From positions 1-17,217 of the forward strand of contig BTVV01000129.1 of assembly GCA_045863855.1 (NCBI GenBank): a DNA stretch of 17,217 nucleotides, given 5' to 3'. Below the pieces are notes generated by a model. It had not been told where the DNA came from, searched no databases, and saw nothing but the letters and a program-made list of their open reading frames with translations. Source of the DNA: Planctomycetota bacterium (GTDB lineage: Bacteria; Planctomycetota; SZUA-567; H5-PLA8). The position numbers and the translations under genes were made by a program. Shown here piece by piece: positions 8,805 through 17,039 of this stretch (position 1 is the first letter of the stretch; each line of letters begins with the position of its first letter).

Positions 8805-10082
8805 ATGTCCACGACCACCAGCTCACCCAAAGCGGAGCTGCTCTCCATCGGCGACGAGATTCTCTTCGGCGACATCGTCGACACCAACGCGGCTTGGCTG
8901 GCGCAGGAACTGCGCGGGCTGGGTGTCAGCGTCTCGCACAAGCAGACGGTCGGCGACGAACTCTCCGACATCGTGGCGGCCTTCAAATTGGCGCTCTCAC
9001 GCAGCGACTTGGTTCTCGCCACCGGCGGTCTGGGGCCGACCGACGACGACCTGACCCTGCAAGCCGTGGCCGACGCCTTGGGCGTGGCGCTGGAATGGCG
9101 CGAAGAAGTGATGGACCAAATGGCCGAGCGGCTCAAACGCCCCAAGGAACAGCTCGGCGGCGGCAACCGTAAGCAAGCGAACATTCCGCAGGGCTCGATC
9201 ATTTTGCGCAACCATTGGGGCACCGCGCCGGGATTGCGCGTACCTTCGGGCGGGCGGCAGATCTTCCTTATGCCCGGCGTCCCGCGCGAAATGAAGGGAC
9301 TCTTCGAAGCCTACGTCGCCTCCTACATGCGCGAGACCTACCCGGCGCGCGACGTGATCCTGAAAACGTATCTGCACTCGGTGGGCCTGGGCGAATCGCT
9401 CGTCGGAGACCGGATCAAGGCGCTGATGCAGCCCGGACGCAACCCGGACGTCGGTACGCGCGTGGCGCAGAGCATCGTGAGCGTGCGCGTGGTTGCGCGC
9501 GCGGCTTCGGAAGCAGCGGCACGCGAACTGATGGCGCCCACCGTCGCGCAGGTACAGGAAGCGCTGGGCGCGTTCTACTTCGGGCGCGACGACGAGTCGC
9601 TGGCCGAGGCCACGGTGCAGGCGCTCGTTTCGCGCGGCCTCACGCTGGCCGTGGCCGAGAGCTGCACGGCGGGGCAGATCAGCGCCGCGTTGGGCGGGAT
9701 TCCCGGCGTCAGCGCAACCCTGCTGGAAGGCAGCGTGGCCTACAGCAACGAAGCGAAGATGCGCTCGTGCGGCGTAAAGGCCGAAACGCTGGCCGCGTAC
9801 GGAGCGGTCAGCGAACAGACCGCCAAGGAACTGGCCGAAGGCATTCGCCGCCGCGCGAACGCGGATTTGGCCGTGAGCGTCACCGGCATCGCCGGGCCCG
9901 ACGGCGGCACGCCCGAGAAGCCTGTGGGATTGGTCTGGATCGGGCTGGCCACCGCAAACGGCGTCACCGCCGAACAGAAGATGATGGCCGGAAACGAACG
10001 GAACGTGATCCGCGCGCGCTCGACGATGCTGGCCATGGATCTGGTTCGCCGCGAAGCGCTCAAACTGCCGTCGCGAAAGTAG
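8805..10082 (+). CDS. cinA: Competence/damage-inducible protein CinA (MoCF-like domain + NMN deamidase PncC domain)
   Basis: IGDEILFGDIVDTN, GGLGPTDDDLT, GTAPG, MPGVPREM, AESCTAG, YSNEAK, TGIAGPDGGTPEKPVG. AAGGAG RBS. Confidence 0.96.
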   Translation: MSTTTSSPKAELLSIGDEILFGDIVDTNAAWLAQELRGLGVSVSHKQTVGDELSDIVAAFKLALSRSDLVLATGGLGPTDDDLTLQAVADALGVALEWREEVMDQMAERLKRPKEQLGGGNRKQANIPQGSIILRNHWGTAPGLRVPSGGRQIFLMPGVPREMKGLFEAYVASYMRETYPARDVILKTYLHSVGLGESLVGDRIKALMQPGRNPDVGTRVAQSIVSVRVVARAASEAAARELMAPTVAQVQEALGAFYFGRDDESLAEATVQALVSRGLTLAVAESCTAGQISAALGGIPGVSATLLEGSVAYSNEAKMRSCGVKAETLAAYGAVSEQTAKELAEGIRRRANADLAVSVTGIAGPDGGTPEKPVGLVWIGLATANGVTAEQKMMAGNERNVIRARSTMLAMDLVRREALKLPSRK

Positions 10083-10093
10083 GGCGAACGAAC

Positions 10094-10215
10094 TTACCAA
10101 GGAGGCACGGGGCGCACGGAGAACCACCAATCGCAAGGGAACGGCGACCAGCGACCGATGCCGTTCCTCGGGTCAATCTCCGTGTACCGCAGCGTGCTCC
10201 CTGCCCCCGTGGTAA
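10094..10215. repeat. ~120-bp imperfect palindromic element between convergent genes
   Basis: TTACCAAGGAGGCACGGGGCGCACGGAG pairs imperfectly with CTCCGTG...CGTGCTCCCTGCCCCCGTGGTAA; inner stem GGAACGGC/GCCGTTCC. Confidence 0.7.
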
Positions 10216-10235
10216 AAGCCCTGAACCTCCCGGAC

Positions 10236-11564
10236 CTACTTCTCTTCTTCGACCACCGGAACCTGGCCCGAGGTCTCTTTCTTCGTCTGCGCCCACCACG
10301 CTTCCCACTTGGCGAGATCGTTCTCGACGGCGGCGCTCGAGACGAGCTTCAGCGCGGCGAAGTACGCCGGATGCTCGGCTTCCGGAGCTTCCTTCAGCGC
10401 CGCCAGCAGCGGCTCGACGGCTTTTAGTTTCAACGTGTCGCGCAGGTGCGCCTGCGCCTTGAGCGCCACCGGGGTATGCCCGTCGGCGGCGGCCAGTGCC
10501 CATGTCTTCGTCTGCGCCGGCGCCTCCCAGGCTTTCAGGATCTGCGTGATGCGTTCGCGGACCTCGGGATTGGGATTGCTCTTGAAACGCAGCACTGCCG
10601 GCAGCGCTTCGGGGCCCATCTCGACCAGCGTCCCCTGCAATTGCGCGAGGTAATCTTCGGTGGTCACCATCGCCGGATCGCCGCCGGTCACGTCCCCGCC
10701 CTGCCCCAGCCCAAAGCTGCTCTTCTGCGCGTCCTGCAATTCCTTGCGCGCCGCTTCCAGCGGAGCCTTCAGCGCCGCCATGCCCGGCTCGGCGTCCAGC
10801 GCCGCGATGCGCTCCTGCATCTGATCTTCGTAAAACTTCAGCTTTAAACCCAGTTCGGCCGCGACGCCCAAGTCGGCTTTGCGTTTGGCCACGGCTTCCA
10901 GTTGCGCTTCCACCTTGGCCAGTTGCGCGGCGTCGTTGCGGTAGCGGATCTTAAAGCGCCGCCAGTCCTGCTCTTCCTTATCCAGCGCTTTGATCGTATT
11001 GAGCACCGGGCGCAGCTTCTCGAACTCGGCGCGCACGGTGCGGTACGCCTCATCCTGCATGCGCTGCGTTTCGATGGACTCCTGAGCCGCCTTGAGTTTC
11101 CGCTGCGCCTCGCGGAACGCGGGCACGAACTTGTCGGGCGGCGTCTTGGCCGTCGGGAAGCGCAGTTCCTGAACCAGCGCATCAGCGACCAAGTCGGCCG
11201 CGCCGCGGCCCAGTTCGAGCAGAATCGCGCGCGCCTGCGTGCGGCCCAGATCTCGGCCGGCCTCGGTTCCCATCCAGGCCGGCGAATCGTCCGCATAGTT
11301 GTACGGATCGACGAACTGCAAGACCGCCAGCAGCTCCTGGATCGCCAAACGCACGCGCGGGTTCTCGTGCTTGCTGACGCGCGGCGCGACCGTCTGACCC
11401 GGCCAGATCTCGGCCACGAAGCGCCGCCACGCGGCTTCCAGGTCGACGCCATCGAGCACCTTGCAGTGCAGCCCATCGGCGCGCCCCGTCTCCGGAGCCG
11501 CCACCAAGAGCGCCAGCGCAAGTCCCAGCGCCACTGCCGCGTATCTGCTTCGCGATCCTCGCAC
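10236..11564 (-). CDS. Exported hypothetical protein with a long coiled coil and HEAT-like helical repeats
   Basis: GGAGG RBS then GTG at 11564; signal-peptide-like RGSRSRYAAVALGLALALLVAAPETGRA; E/K/Q/A-rich central region; LVEMGPEALPAV..NPEVRERI, KAVEPLLAALK and WEAWW motifs. The upstream part of the 12227 ORF is antisense shadow. Confidence 0.75.
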   Translation of the reverse strand: MRGSRSRYAAVALGLALALLVAAPETGRADGLHCKVLDGVDLEAAWRRFVAEIWPGQTVAPRVSKHENPRVRLAIQELLAVLQFVDPYNYADDSPAWMGTEAGRDLGRTQARAILLELGRGAADLVADALVQELRFPTAKTPPDKFVPAFREAQRKLKAAQESIETQRMQDEAYRTVRAEFEKLRPVLNTIKALDKEEQDWRRFKIRYRNDAAQLAKVEAQLEAVAKRKADLGVAAELGLKLKFYEDQMQERIAALDAEPGMAALKAPLEAARKELQDAQKSSFGLGQGGDVTGGDPAMVTTEDYLAQLQGTLVEMGPEALPAVLRFKSNPNPEVRERITQILKAWEAPAQTKTWALAAADGHTPVALKAQAHLRDTLKLKAVEPLLAALKEAPEAEHPAYFAALKLVSSAAVENDLAKWEAWWAQTKKETSGQVPVVEEEK

Positions 11565-11675
11565 TCCGCGTCCTCCCAGACCGTGCACGCCTTGCCGGCG
11601 CCTGTTATATTGGTACGACGAGCCAACCGGGGTGGAGAATTCAAAAAACCGGCCGCCCCGCCTGGAGATTCGACG

Positions 11676-12308
11676 ATGCGCCCAAGCTTCTGGATGCTCG
11701 CGTTCATGGTGTTCCCAGGCGCCGTCCGCGCCGCCGATGCCCCCGATCCTAAGCAGTTGGAACAATGGGTTTCGGAACTGAGCGCCGAAGAATACGAGAA
11801 ACGCCAGCAGGCCGAAGATCGGCTCCGCGCCGCCGGTGTGGCGGCCGTGCCCGCGCTGGAAGCCGGCGTGGCGAAGACCGACGACGCCGAGTTGCGCGAA
11901 CGCGCCCGCAAAATGATCGAAGACCTGACGCTCGAGCAGCGCCTGGCGCAGGCCTGGACCGATCTGAACGCCGCTGAATGGCCGGCCATTCAAGCGGCCG
12001 TCGAGTTGCTGCTGAACGAATACGATGCCCGCCCCGAGATCGCGCAAAAGCTGGAGCAGGCCGCCGGCGCCAAAGACAAGAGCGGCGATATGCCGCGGCT
12101 CATGAAAACCCAGCTCGCCTCTTATGACCAGATGCTGGACCGCATGAAGCAGATGGACGAGCAGAACAAGAACAATCCCGGCGCGCGCGAAGCGCTGCGG
12201 CGGCACTATTCGGCGCAGCTCCATCAACTGAAAAACACCGCGCGGCAGCAGATCTTGGACGAAGCGAAGAAACAGTTCGAAGCCCGCGCCTCTGCACCCG
12301 GCAAGTAA
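11676..12308 (+). CDS. Exported hypothetical protein with an N-terminal HEAT-like motif
   Basis: GGAG RBS, ATG 11676, signal peptide ending AVRA-A; LSAEEYEKRQQAEDRLRAAGVAAVPALE...DDAELRERA pattern. Confidence 0.78.
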   Translation: MRPSFWMLAFMVFPGAVRAADAPDPKQLEQWVSELSAEEYEKRQQAEDRLRAAGVAAVPALEAGVAKTDDAELRERARKMIEDLTLEQRLAQAWTDLNAAEWPAIQAAVELLLNEYDARPEIAQKLEQAAGAKDKSGDMPRLMKTQLASYDQMLDRMKQMDEQNKNNPGAREALRRHYSAQLHQLKNTARQQILDEAKKQFEARASAPGK

Positions 12309-12312
12309 GCCT

Positions 12313-12413
12313 TAGAGCGTTTTCAGAAATGCGGGAGCGCCATCTGCTTGCCCCGGTGAGCCGCTTCTTCGTCGCGGCGCATTGGGCAGCACCACATTTC
12401 CGCAAACGCGCTA
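12313..12413. mobile_element. 101-bp MITE-like element with 22-bp imperfect terminal inverted repeats
   Basis: Left TAGAGCGTTTTCAGAAATGCGG versus reverse complement of right TAGCGCGTTTGCGGAAATGTGG (18/22). TA at both ends; internal stems TGCTTGCCC/GGGCAGCA and GCCGC/GCGGC. Confidence 0.6.
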
Positions 12414-13265
12414 TCGCTGCGCTTCGCGGAAATGGTTGATCACGCGGCGCAGTTCGTCCTGGACCTTGGGCGGCTGGACCAGCGCCTCGAAGAAGGGGTC
12501 GCTCAACACCGTGTCCACGCGCTTGGGCTTCAGCGTCCGGTCCAGCGCCGATTTGTCGATCAGCTCCGGCTCGGCGCGCAGGCCCGCACGGGCCAGAAAC
12601 ATCCCGACCTCGAACGGCGTCGTCGTCCCACGCTCGTAGACGCACAGGATGCGCCCAAAGGCCGCGGCGCCGGCGGGTTCGGTCAGCTTATCGACGGTCC
12701 GCGCGATCGTCTCGGCGCTGGTCATGCTGTTGGGCGTATCGATCAGCTTGGGGTAGCGCCGCAGCTTCGAGAGCGTGTTGCGTTCGGCGGCCAGCGGGCT
12801 GTACACCTGCCGCGGCCGCAGGATCGCCAGCTTCCCGCCGGCGGCTTCGCGCAGCAGCATGGCGTCGCCCGCGGCCTTCGTCCACGAATAGAAGCATGCG
12901 GGTGTGGGCGGGTCTTCCGGCCCGAAGGGTTTGCCGTCGGCGCGGTACGGCCCGTCCCAGACGCAGCCGCTGGAAACATGGATGAACGGGATCGCTTCGC
13001 CCGCGGCGGTTTTGATGCGGCGGTAGAGGTTCAGCGGCGCGGCGGCGTTGCAGCGGAAGGTCTCGGCCGCGTTCGCTTCGCACCAGCTCAGCTCGGTCTT
13101 GCCCGCGGTGTTCACGACGGCGGTGGGCGAGAGTTTCCGAATCGCCGCCTCGTCCAGTTCGTCCAGGTCCCCCGTCCAGTGCAGCGACGAAGGCACGCTG
13201 AAGCGTGCTTTCAGGAAGGTTCCCAGATGTCCGCGTCCGATCAACAACCAGCGCGCCGCGCCCAT
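12411..13265 (-). CDS. Extended SDR sugar-nucleotide reductase (RmlD-like; resembles NRS/ER 3,5-epimerase/4-reductase)
   Basis: GRGHLG dinucleotide-binding motif, VVNTAGKT, WCE, SSGCV, YSWTK (YxxxK), RNTLSKLRRYPKLIDTPNSMT. Confidence 0.8.
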   Translation of the reverse strand: MGAARWLLIGRGHLGTFLKARFSVPSSLHWTGDLDELDEAAIRKLSPTAVVNTAGKTELSWCEANAAETFRCNAAAPLNLYRRIKTAAGEAIPFIHVSSGCVWDGPYRADGKPFGPEDPPTPACFYSWTKAAGDAMLLREAAGGKLAILRPRQVYSPLAAERNTLSKLRRYPKLIDTPNSMTSAETIARTVDKLTEPAGAAAFGRILCVYERGTTTPFEVGMFLARAGLRAEPELIDKSALDRTLKPKRVDTVLSDPFFEALVQPPKVQDELRRVINHFREAQR

Positions 13266-13352
13266 GCGATACTCCCGGCCGCCCTCGGTCTTTCAGGGCG
13301 TCTCGTGGCGCATCATAGCGCCAAAGCGGCCGGGGCGTCCACTCGCGACGGA

Positions 13353-15248
13353 TCAAACCACGGCGTCGAGTATGGAGCGGATGCGTTCGGCGAGCACCGC
13401 CGGCTCGAACGGCTTCTCGATGAAGTGCGTGTCGGGCACCACCAATCCGTTCTGTCGTACCGACGCTTCGTTGTAGCCGGACATGAACAGCACCCGTAAA
13501 CCGGGGCGAGAAACGCGCAGGCGCCGCGCCAGTTCGTACCCTCCCAGCCGCGGCATCACCACATCGCTCAGCAGCAGGTGAATCGTCTCGGGCCGGTCCT
13601 CGGCCAGATGCCGCGCTTCCTCGCCGTCGCTCGCGCAGATCACGCGGTAGCCGTTGCGCACCAGCGCCATGCGGACCAGTTCACGAACCGCCTCTTCATC
13701 CTCGACGACCAGGATCGTTTCGGTACCCTTGGCGCGCGCCATGGCCGGCAATGCGGAGGATGAAATGGCCGCGCTGCCGCCGGTGGCGGGCAGGTAAATC
13801 TCGAAGCGGCTCCCCTGACCCGGTTCGCTGAACGCCCAAATATAACCTTGGCTCTGCTTCACGATCCCGTAGACCGTCGCCAAACCCAGCCCGGTGCCTT
13901 GGTCGCGCGGCTTGGTGGTGAAGAAAGGCTCGAAGACCTTGCGCAGCACGTCGGGAGTCATCCCGCAACCGGTGTCCGTGACGGACAGGCACACGTAGCG
14001 GCCGGTGCGCATCGGGGGACGCATGGCCGCGAAGGCCGAGTCGACCTCGACTTCCCGCGTCGCGATCGACAGTTTTCCGCCCAGCGGCATCGCGTCCCGC
14101 GCGTTGGCCGCCAGGTTCATCAGCACCTGCACGATCTGGACGGGGTCCGCGCGCACCGGTGCGAGCGGCTCCTGCAGGTCAAGCGTTACTTCGACATCTT
14201 CGCGCAGCATGCGGCGCACCAGCCGGTCGGTTTCGTGCACCGACCGGTTGAGGCTGAGCGTCTCGGGCTTGAGCACTTGGCGGCGGCCGAATGCGAGTAA
14301 CTGGCGGGTCAAGGCTTGCGCGCGCAAGCCGGACTTTTTGATCGTCTCCAGATACGCCGAGACCGGATGTTTGGCGCTCAGTTCGTGCACCGCCAGATCG
14401 CAGTAGCCCAGCACCGCCATCAGGAGATTATTGAAGTCGTGCGCCACGCCTCCAGCCAACTGACCCAGCGCCTCCATTTTCTGGGCATGGAGCAATTGCT
14501 CTTCGGTCTGTTTCAGTTCATCCTCGGCGCGTTGGCGTTCTTGAACTTCCTTGCGCAAAGCCGCGACGGTGCGTTGCAACTCGTGAGTCCGCGATTCGAC
14601 GCGGGCTTCCATCTCGCGGCGAGCGCCCTCCAGTTCCGAGACCGCGTAGCGGTACTTCAAGAGCGCCCCCACGCGAAACGCCAGCAGTTGCGGATCCCAA
14701 GGCGCGCTTAGCACCTCGTTGGCGCCATGGCGATACCCCTCGCACTGCAGGTATGTCGAAGCCCGCGAAAGCATGATCATGACGGGAACATAGGGCAGGT
14801 GCGCGCTGCGCTTGAGCTTCTCGCACAAGGCGAATGCGGCGGTGGCATCGTTTCCGGCCTGCAGGACGATCAGATCCAGCCGCTCGGTTTCCGCGCGCTC
14901 CAGCGCGGTAGCGGTGCTGTCCGTTCCGGCCAATAGATGCGCCATGTTGGGCAGCGAACGGTGCAAAAAACGCTGAAAGCGGTCGTCGCCCACCAGCAGA
15001 ATTTGGCCTTGGGCCAGCACCTCGACGGTTTGGGATGGCTGGCCGTCCGGATCCAAGCGGCGGACCGGGGCTACGCGTTTCCGCGTATCGTGCTCGTTGT
15101 CCGTTTGGGATCCTTTGGCCGCGAGCAAAATCATTCGAGTCGTATGCATGGAACTACCCCCGAGATCGACCGTCCGCATTCCTGGATTCGGTATGCCGGT
15201 CTGTCCGAGCGCCCGGCGCCGCCTTGGCGGAAACCGATTATCCGGCAT
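13353..15248 (-). CDS. Hybrid sensor histidine kinase/response regulator (CckA-like core): pseudo-REC, coiled coil, HisKA, HATPase, REC; start uncertain (15149 is an alternative)
   Basis: QKMEALGQLAGGVAHDFNNLL H-box, NLAANARDAM, DTGCGM, FEPFFTTK, GTGLGL; C-terminal REC ILVVEDE...LLLSDVVMP...MSGY...EKPF. No TM segment seen. Confidence 0.93.
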   Translation of the reverse strand: MPDNRFPPRRRRALGQTGIPNPGMRTVDLGGSSMHTTRMILLAAKGSQTDNEHDTRKRVAPVRRLDPDGQPSQTVEVLAQGQILLVGDDRFQRFLHRSLPNMAHLLAGTDSTATALERAETERLDLIVLQAGNDATAAFALCEKLKRSAHLPYVPVMIMLSRASTYLQCEGYRHGANEVLSAPWDPQLLAFRVGALLKYRYAVSELEGARREMEARVESRTHELQRTVAALRKEVQERQRAEDELKQTEEQLLHAQKMEALGQLAGGVAHDFNNLLMAVLGYCDLAVHELSAKHPVSAYLETIKKSGLRAQALTRQLLAFGRRQVLKPETLSLNRSVHETDRLVRRMLREDVEVTLDLQEPLAPVRADPVQIVQVLMNLAANARDAMPLGGKLSIATREVEVDSAFAAMRPPMRTGRYVCLSVTDTGCGMTPDVLRKVFEPFFTTKPRDQGTGLGLATVYGIVKQSQGYIWAFSEPGQGSRFEIYLPATGGSAAISSSALPAMARAKGTETILVVEDEEAVRELVRMALVRNGYRVICASDGEEARHLAEDRPETIHLLLSDVVMPRLGGYELARRLRVSRPGLRVLFMSGYNEASVRQNGLVVPDTHFIEKPFEPAVLAERIRSILDAVV

Positions 15249-15305
15249 CTTGGGGGTTGAATCGCAAACGAGTGGCCCATGCGCTCAAAAACTAACGCAG
15301 AACCT

Positions 15306-16025
15306 TTACTTGGAGGCGGGGGCCGTTTCGGGTGGAATTTGGTATATGCAGGCCTTCCCGCCCATGCGGATGTGCTCGGTGCGCTTCAAGTCTTTCACGC
15401 CCAGCACGCGGCGAAAAAGCTCCTTCTCGTAGCGGCAAACCGAAGGGTGCTGCTTGGCGATCGCGAAAATCGGGCAGTGGTGCTCCACCAGCTTGATCCC
15501 GCCCTGCGCTTCGAACTCGGGCGCTTCGACCGCCGCCGCAAGGTAGCCTTCTTCATCGCGGATCCGCGCCAGAACCTTCAGCTTCTCGGCTAGCGTAACC
15601 GCGCCTTGCAGGCGCTCGCCATACGCATTGAGCAAGTCCTTCATGCGCGCTTCGAAAAGCTGCTCCAGCGCCTCTTCGCCCATCAGCTTCTCGAGCCGCG
15701 CCAGCAAATCCAACGCGACCGTATCGCTGCTCTGCGGAAACTCGGCCTCGGCTTCTTCCGTCAGTCGAAAGAGCCGCGCCGGACGCCCCACCGGACGACG
15801 CACCTGCCGAGCCGTAACTTGGCCGGCCTGTTCGAGCAGCGAAAGATGCTGCCGAACCGCCACGTTGCTGATGCCCAGCGCTTCGGCCATCGCCGCGACG
15901 TCCAGTTCGCCTTTGCGTTTGAGCAGTTCCAGAAGCGCCTGCCGCGTCCCACCTTCGTTCATGGGTGCAGCTTCCGATTCTTCGGCTTGAGGGGCCATGG
16001 GCTCGGGCATGTTGCGGTTCTCCAC
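15306..16025 (-). CDS. HTH transcriptional regulator, SufR-like (putative Fe-S sensor); start could be 16025, 16010 or later
   Basis: N-terminal wHTH (LGISNVAVRQHLSLLE...VGRPARLFRLT); C-terminal EHHC-X12-C-RYE...ACIY cysteine pattern. Confidence 0.8.
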   Translation of the reverse strand: MENRNMPEPMAPQAEESEAAPMNEGGTRQALLELLKRKGELDVAAMAEALGISNVAVRQHLSLLEQAGQVTARQVRRPVGRPARLFRLTEEAEAEFPQSSDTVALDLLARLEKLMGEEALEQLFEARMKDLLNAYGERLQGAVTLAEKLKVLARIRDEEGYLAAAVEAPEFEAQGGIKLVEHHCPIFAIAKQHPSVCRYEKELFRRVLGVKDLKRTEHIRMGGKACIYQIPPETAPASK

Positions 16026-16039
16026 CTTGACTCAGGCAT

Positions 16040-16155
16040 AAAATACCCCCTAGAAATCATAAATGCCAAGTTATCTATGTTTTATAATATATAACTTTTT
16101 AAGTAACTATATTGATAAAGTGTCTCGAAAGAGGTTTCTTGAATTCATTACTAAG
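16040..16155. promoter_or_regulatory. AT-rich divergent promoter/operator region
   Basis: Perfect TATAAT at 16083-16088 inside an 11-bp inverted repeat, AAGTTATCTAT (16068-16078) / ATATATAACTT (16087-16097). A second imperfect IR TAAGTAA-N5-TTGATAA lies at 16100-16118. Confidence 0.55.
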
Positions 16156-16171
16156 GCGCGGGAACCGTCCG

Positions 16172-17011
16172 ATGCAAACGCCCACCCTCGACAGCCTCCA
16201 CTTCGCCGTTGCCGACCTCGAAAGCGTGCAGCGCTTCTACCGCGAGTTGCTGGGCTTTGTCCCCGAGCGGTCTGGCGCCACGCGCCAAGCGGAGGCTTGG
16301 GTGCGGATGCGCAGCGGTTCGTCGAGCCTCACCTTTTGCCAAGCAGGTCGCCCCGCTGCGCTGCCGGCCGATCCGCGCGCGGGCTTTCGCGGGATGTCGT
16401 GGGCCGTGGAGAGCCTGACGCCGTACCGCCAAGCGCTTGAACGGCACGGCAACTTGTGCGCCCGCAAGCACGAAGACGCCGAGACTCGGCGTCTGAGCTT
16501 TCAGGATCCCGACGGCAACGGTCTGGCGCTGGTGGAATACCGCGATGCGGAAACGTGGCGCGAGCGTTCGGATCGCGGCTGGGCGCTTTTCCGGCAGATC
16601 GATCACGTCCGCTTCGGCGTCGCCGATCTGCGCGCGTCGCTGGCCTTCTACCGCGATCTGCTGGGCTTCACGCTGCGGCGTGTGGTCGTGCCGCACGGAG
16701 CGGGAACGCGGCACATCGCGGCCGACCCCGAAGGGCCGCTTCCGGCGGACGCCTGCGGGATCATCCTGGCCGGGGCCGACGCGGTCCTCTCGCTGCATCG
16801 CTCCGCTTCGGGCGTCGCGGTGCGCGCGCCGCGCTTCGAACACATGGGCTGGAAAGTCGAACACCTAGAAGCCTGCCGCGAACGGCTGGCCGATTACGCC
16901 GTAGACTGCGAAGCGGATCGTGCGGGGCGCCAACTGATGCTGCGCGACCCCAACGGCCGAGCCGCCGCCGCACCGAATCTCGAACTGACCGGGGTTCAAG
17001 CTCCGGTTTAA
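16172..17011 (+). CDS. Two-domain VOC (glyoxalase/extradiol dioxygenase-like) protein
   Basis: Two repeats: LHFAVADLESVQRFYRELLGF...FQDPDGNGLALVE and IDHVRFGVADLRASLAFYRDLLGF...LRDPNG...LEL. Start placed at ATG 16172. Confidence 0.85.
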   Translation: MQTPTLDSLHFAVADLESVQRFYRELLGFVPERSGATRQAEAWVRMRSGSSSLTFCQAGRPAALPADPRAGFRGMSWAVESLTPYRQALERHGNLCARKHEDAETRRLSFQDPDGNGLALVEYRDAETWRERSDRGWALFRQIDHVRFGVADLRASLAFYRDLLGFTLRRVVVPHGAGTRHIAADPEGPLPADACGIILAGADAVLSLHRSASGVAVRAPRFEHMGWKVEHLEACRERLADYAVDCEADRAGRQLMLRDPNGRAAAAPNLELTGVQAPV

Positions 17012-17039
17012 CCCGCACTTCGAATTTCAGGAGCAACCG

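Noticed and set aside
10902..12227. Apparent long overlap of the 663-aa and 468-aa ORFs
   Set aside because: Each extension is the antisense shadow of the other gene. RBS and signal peptides place the starts at 11564 (-) and 11676 (+).
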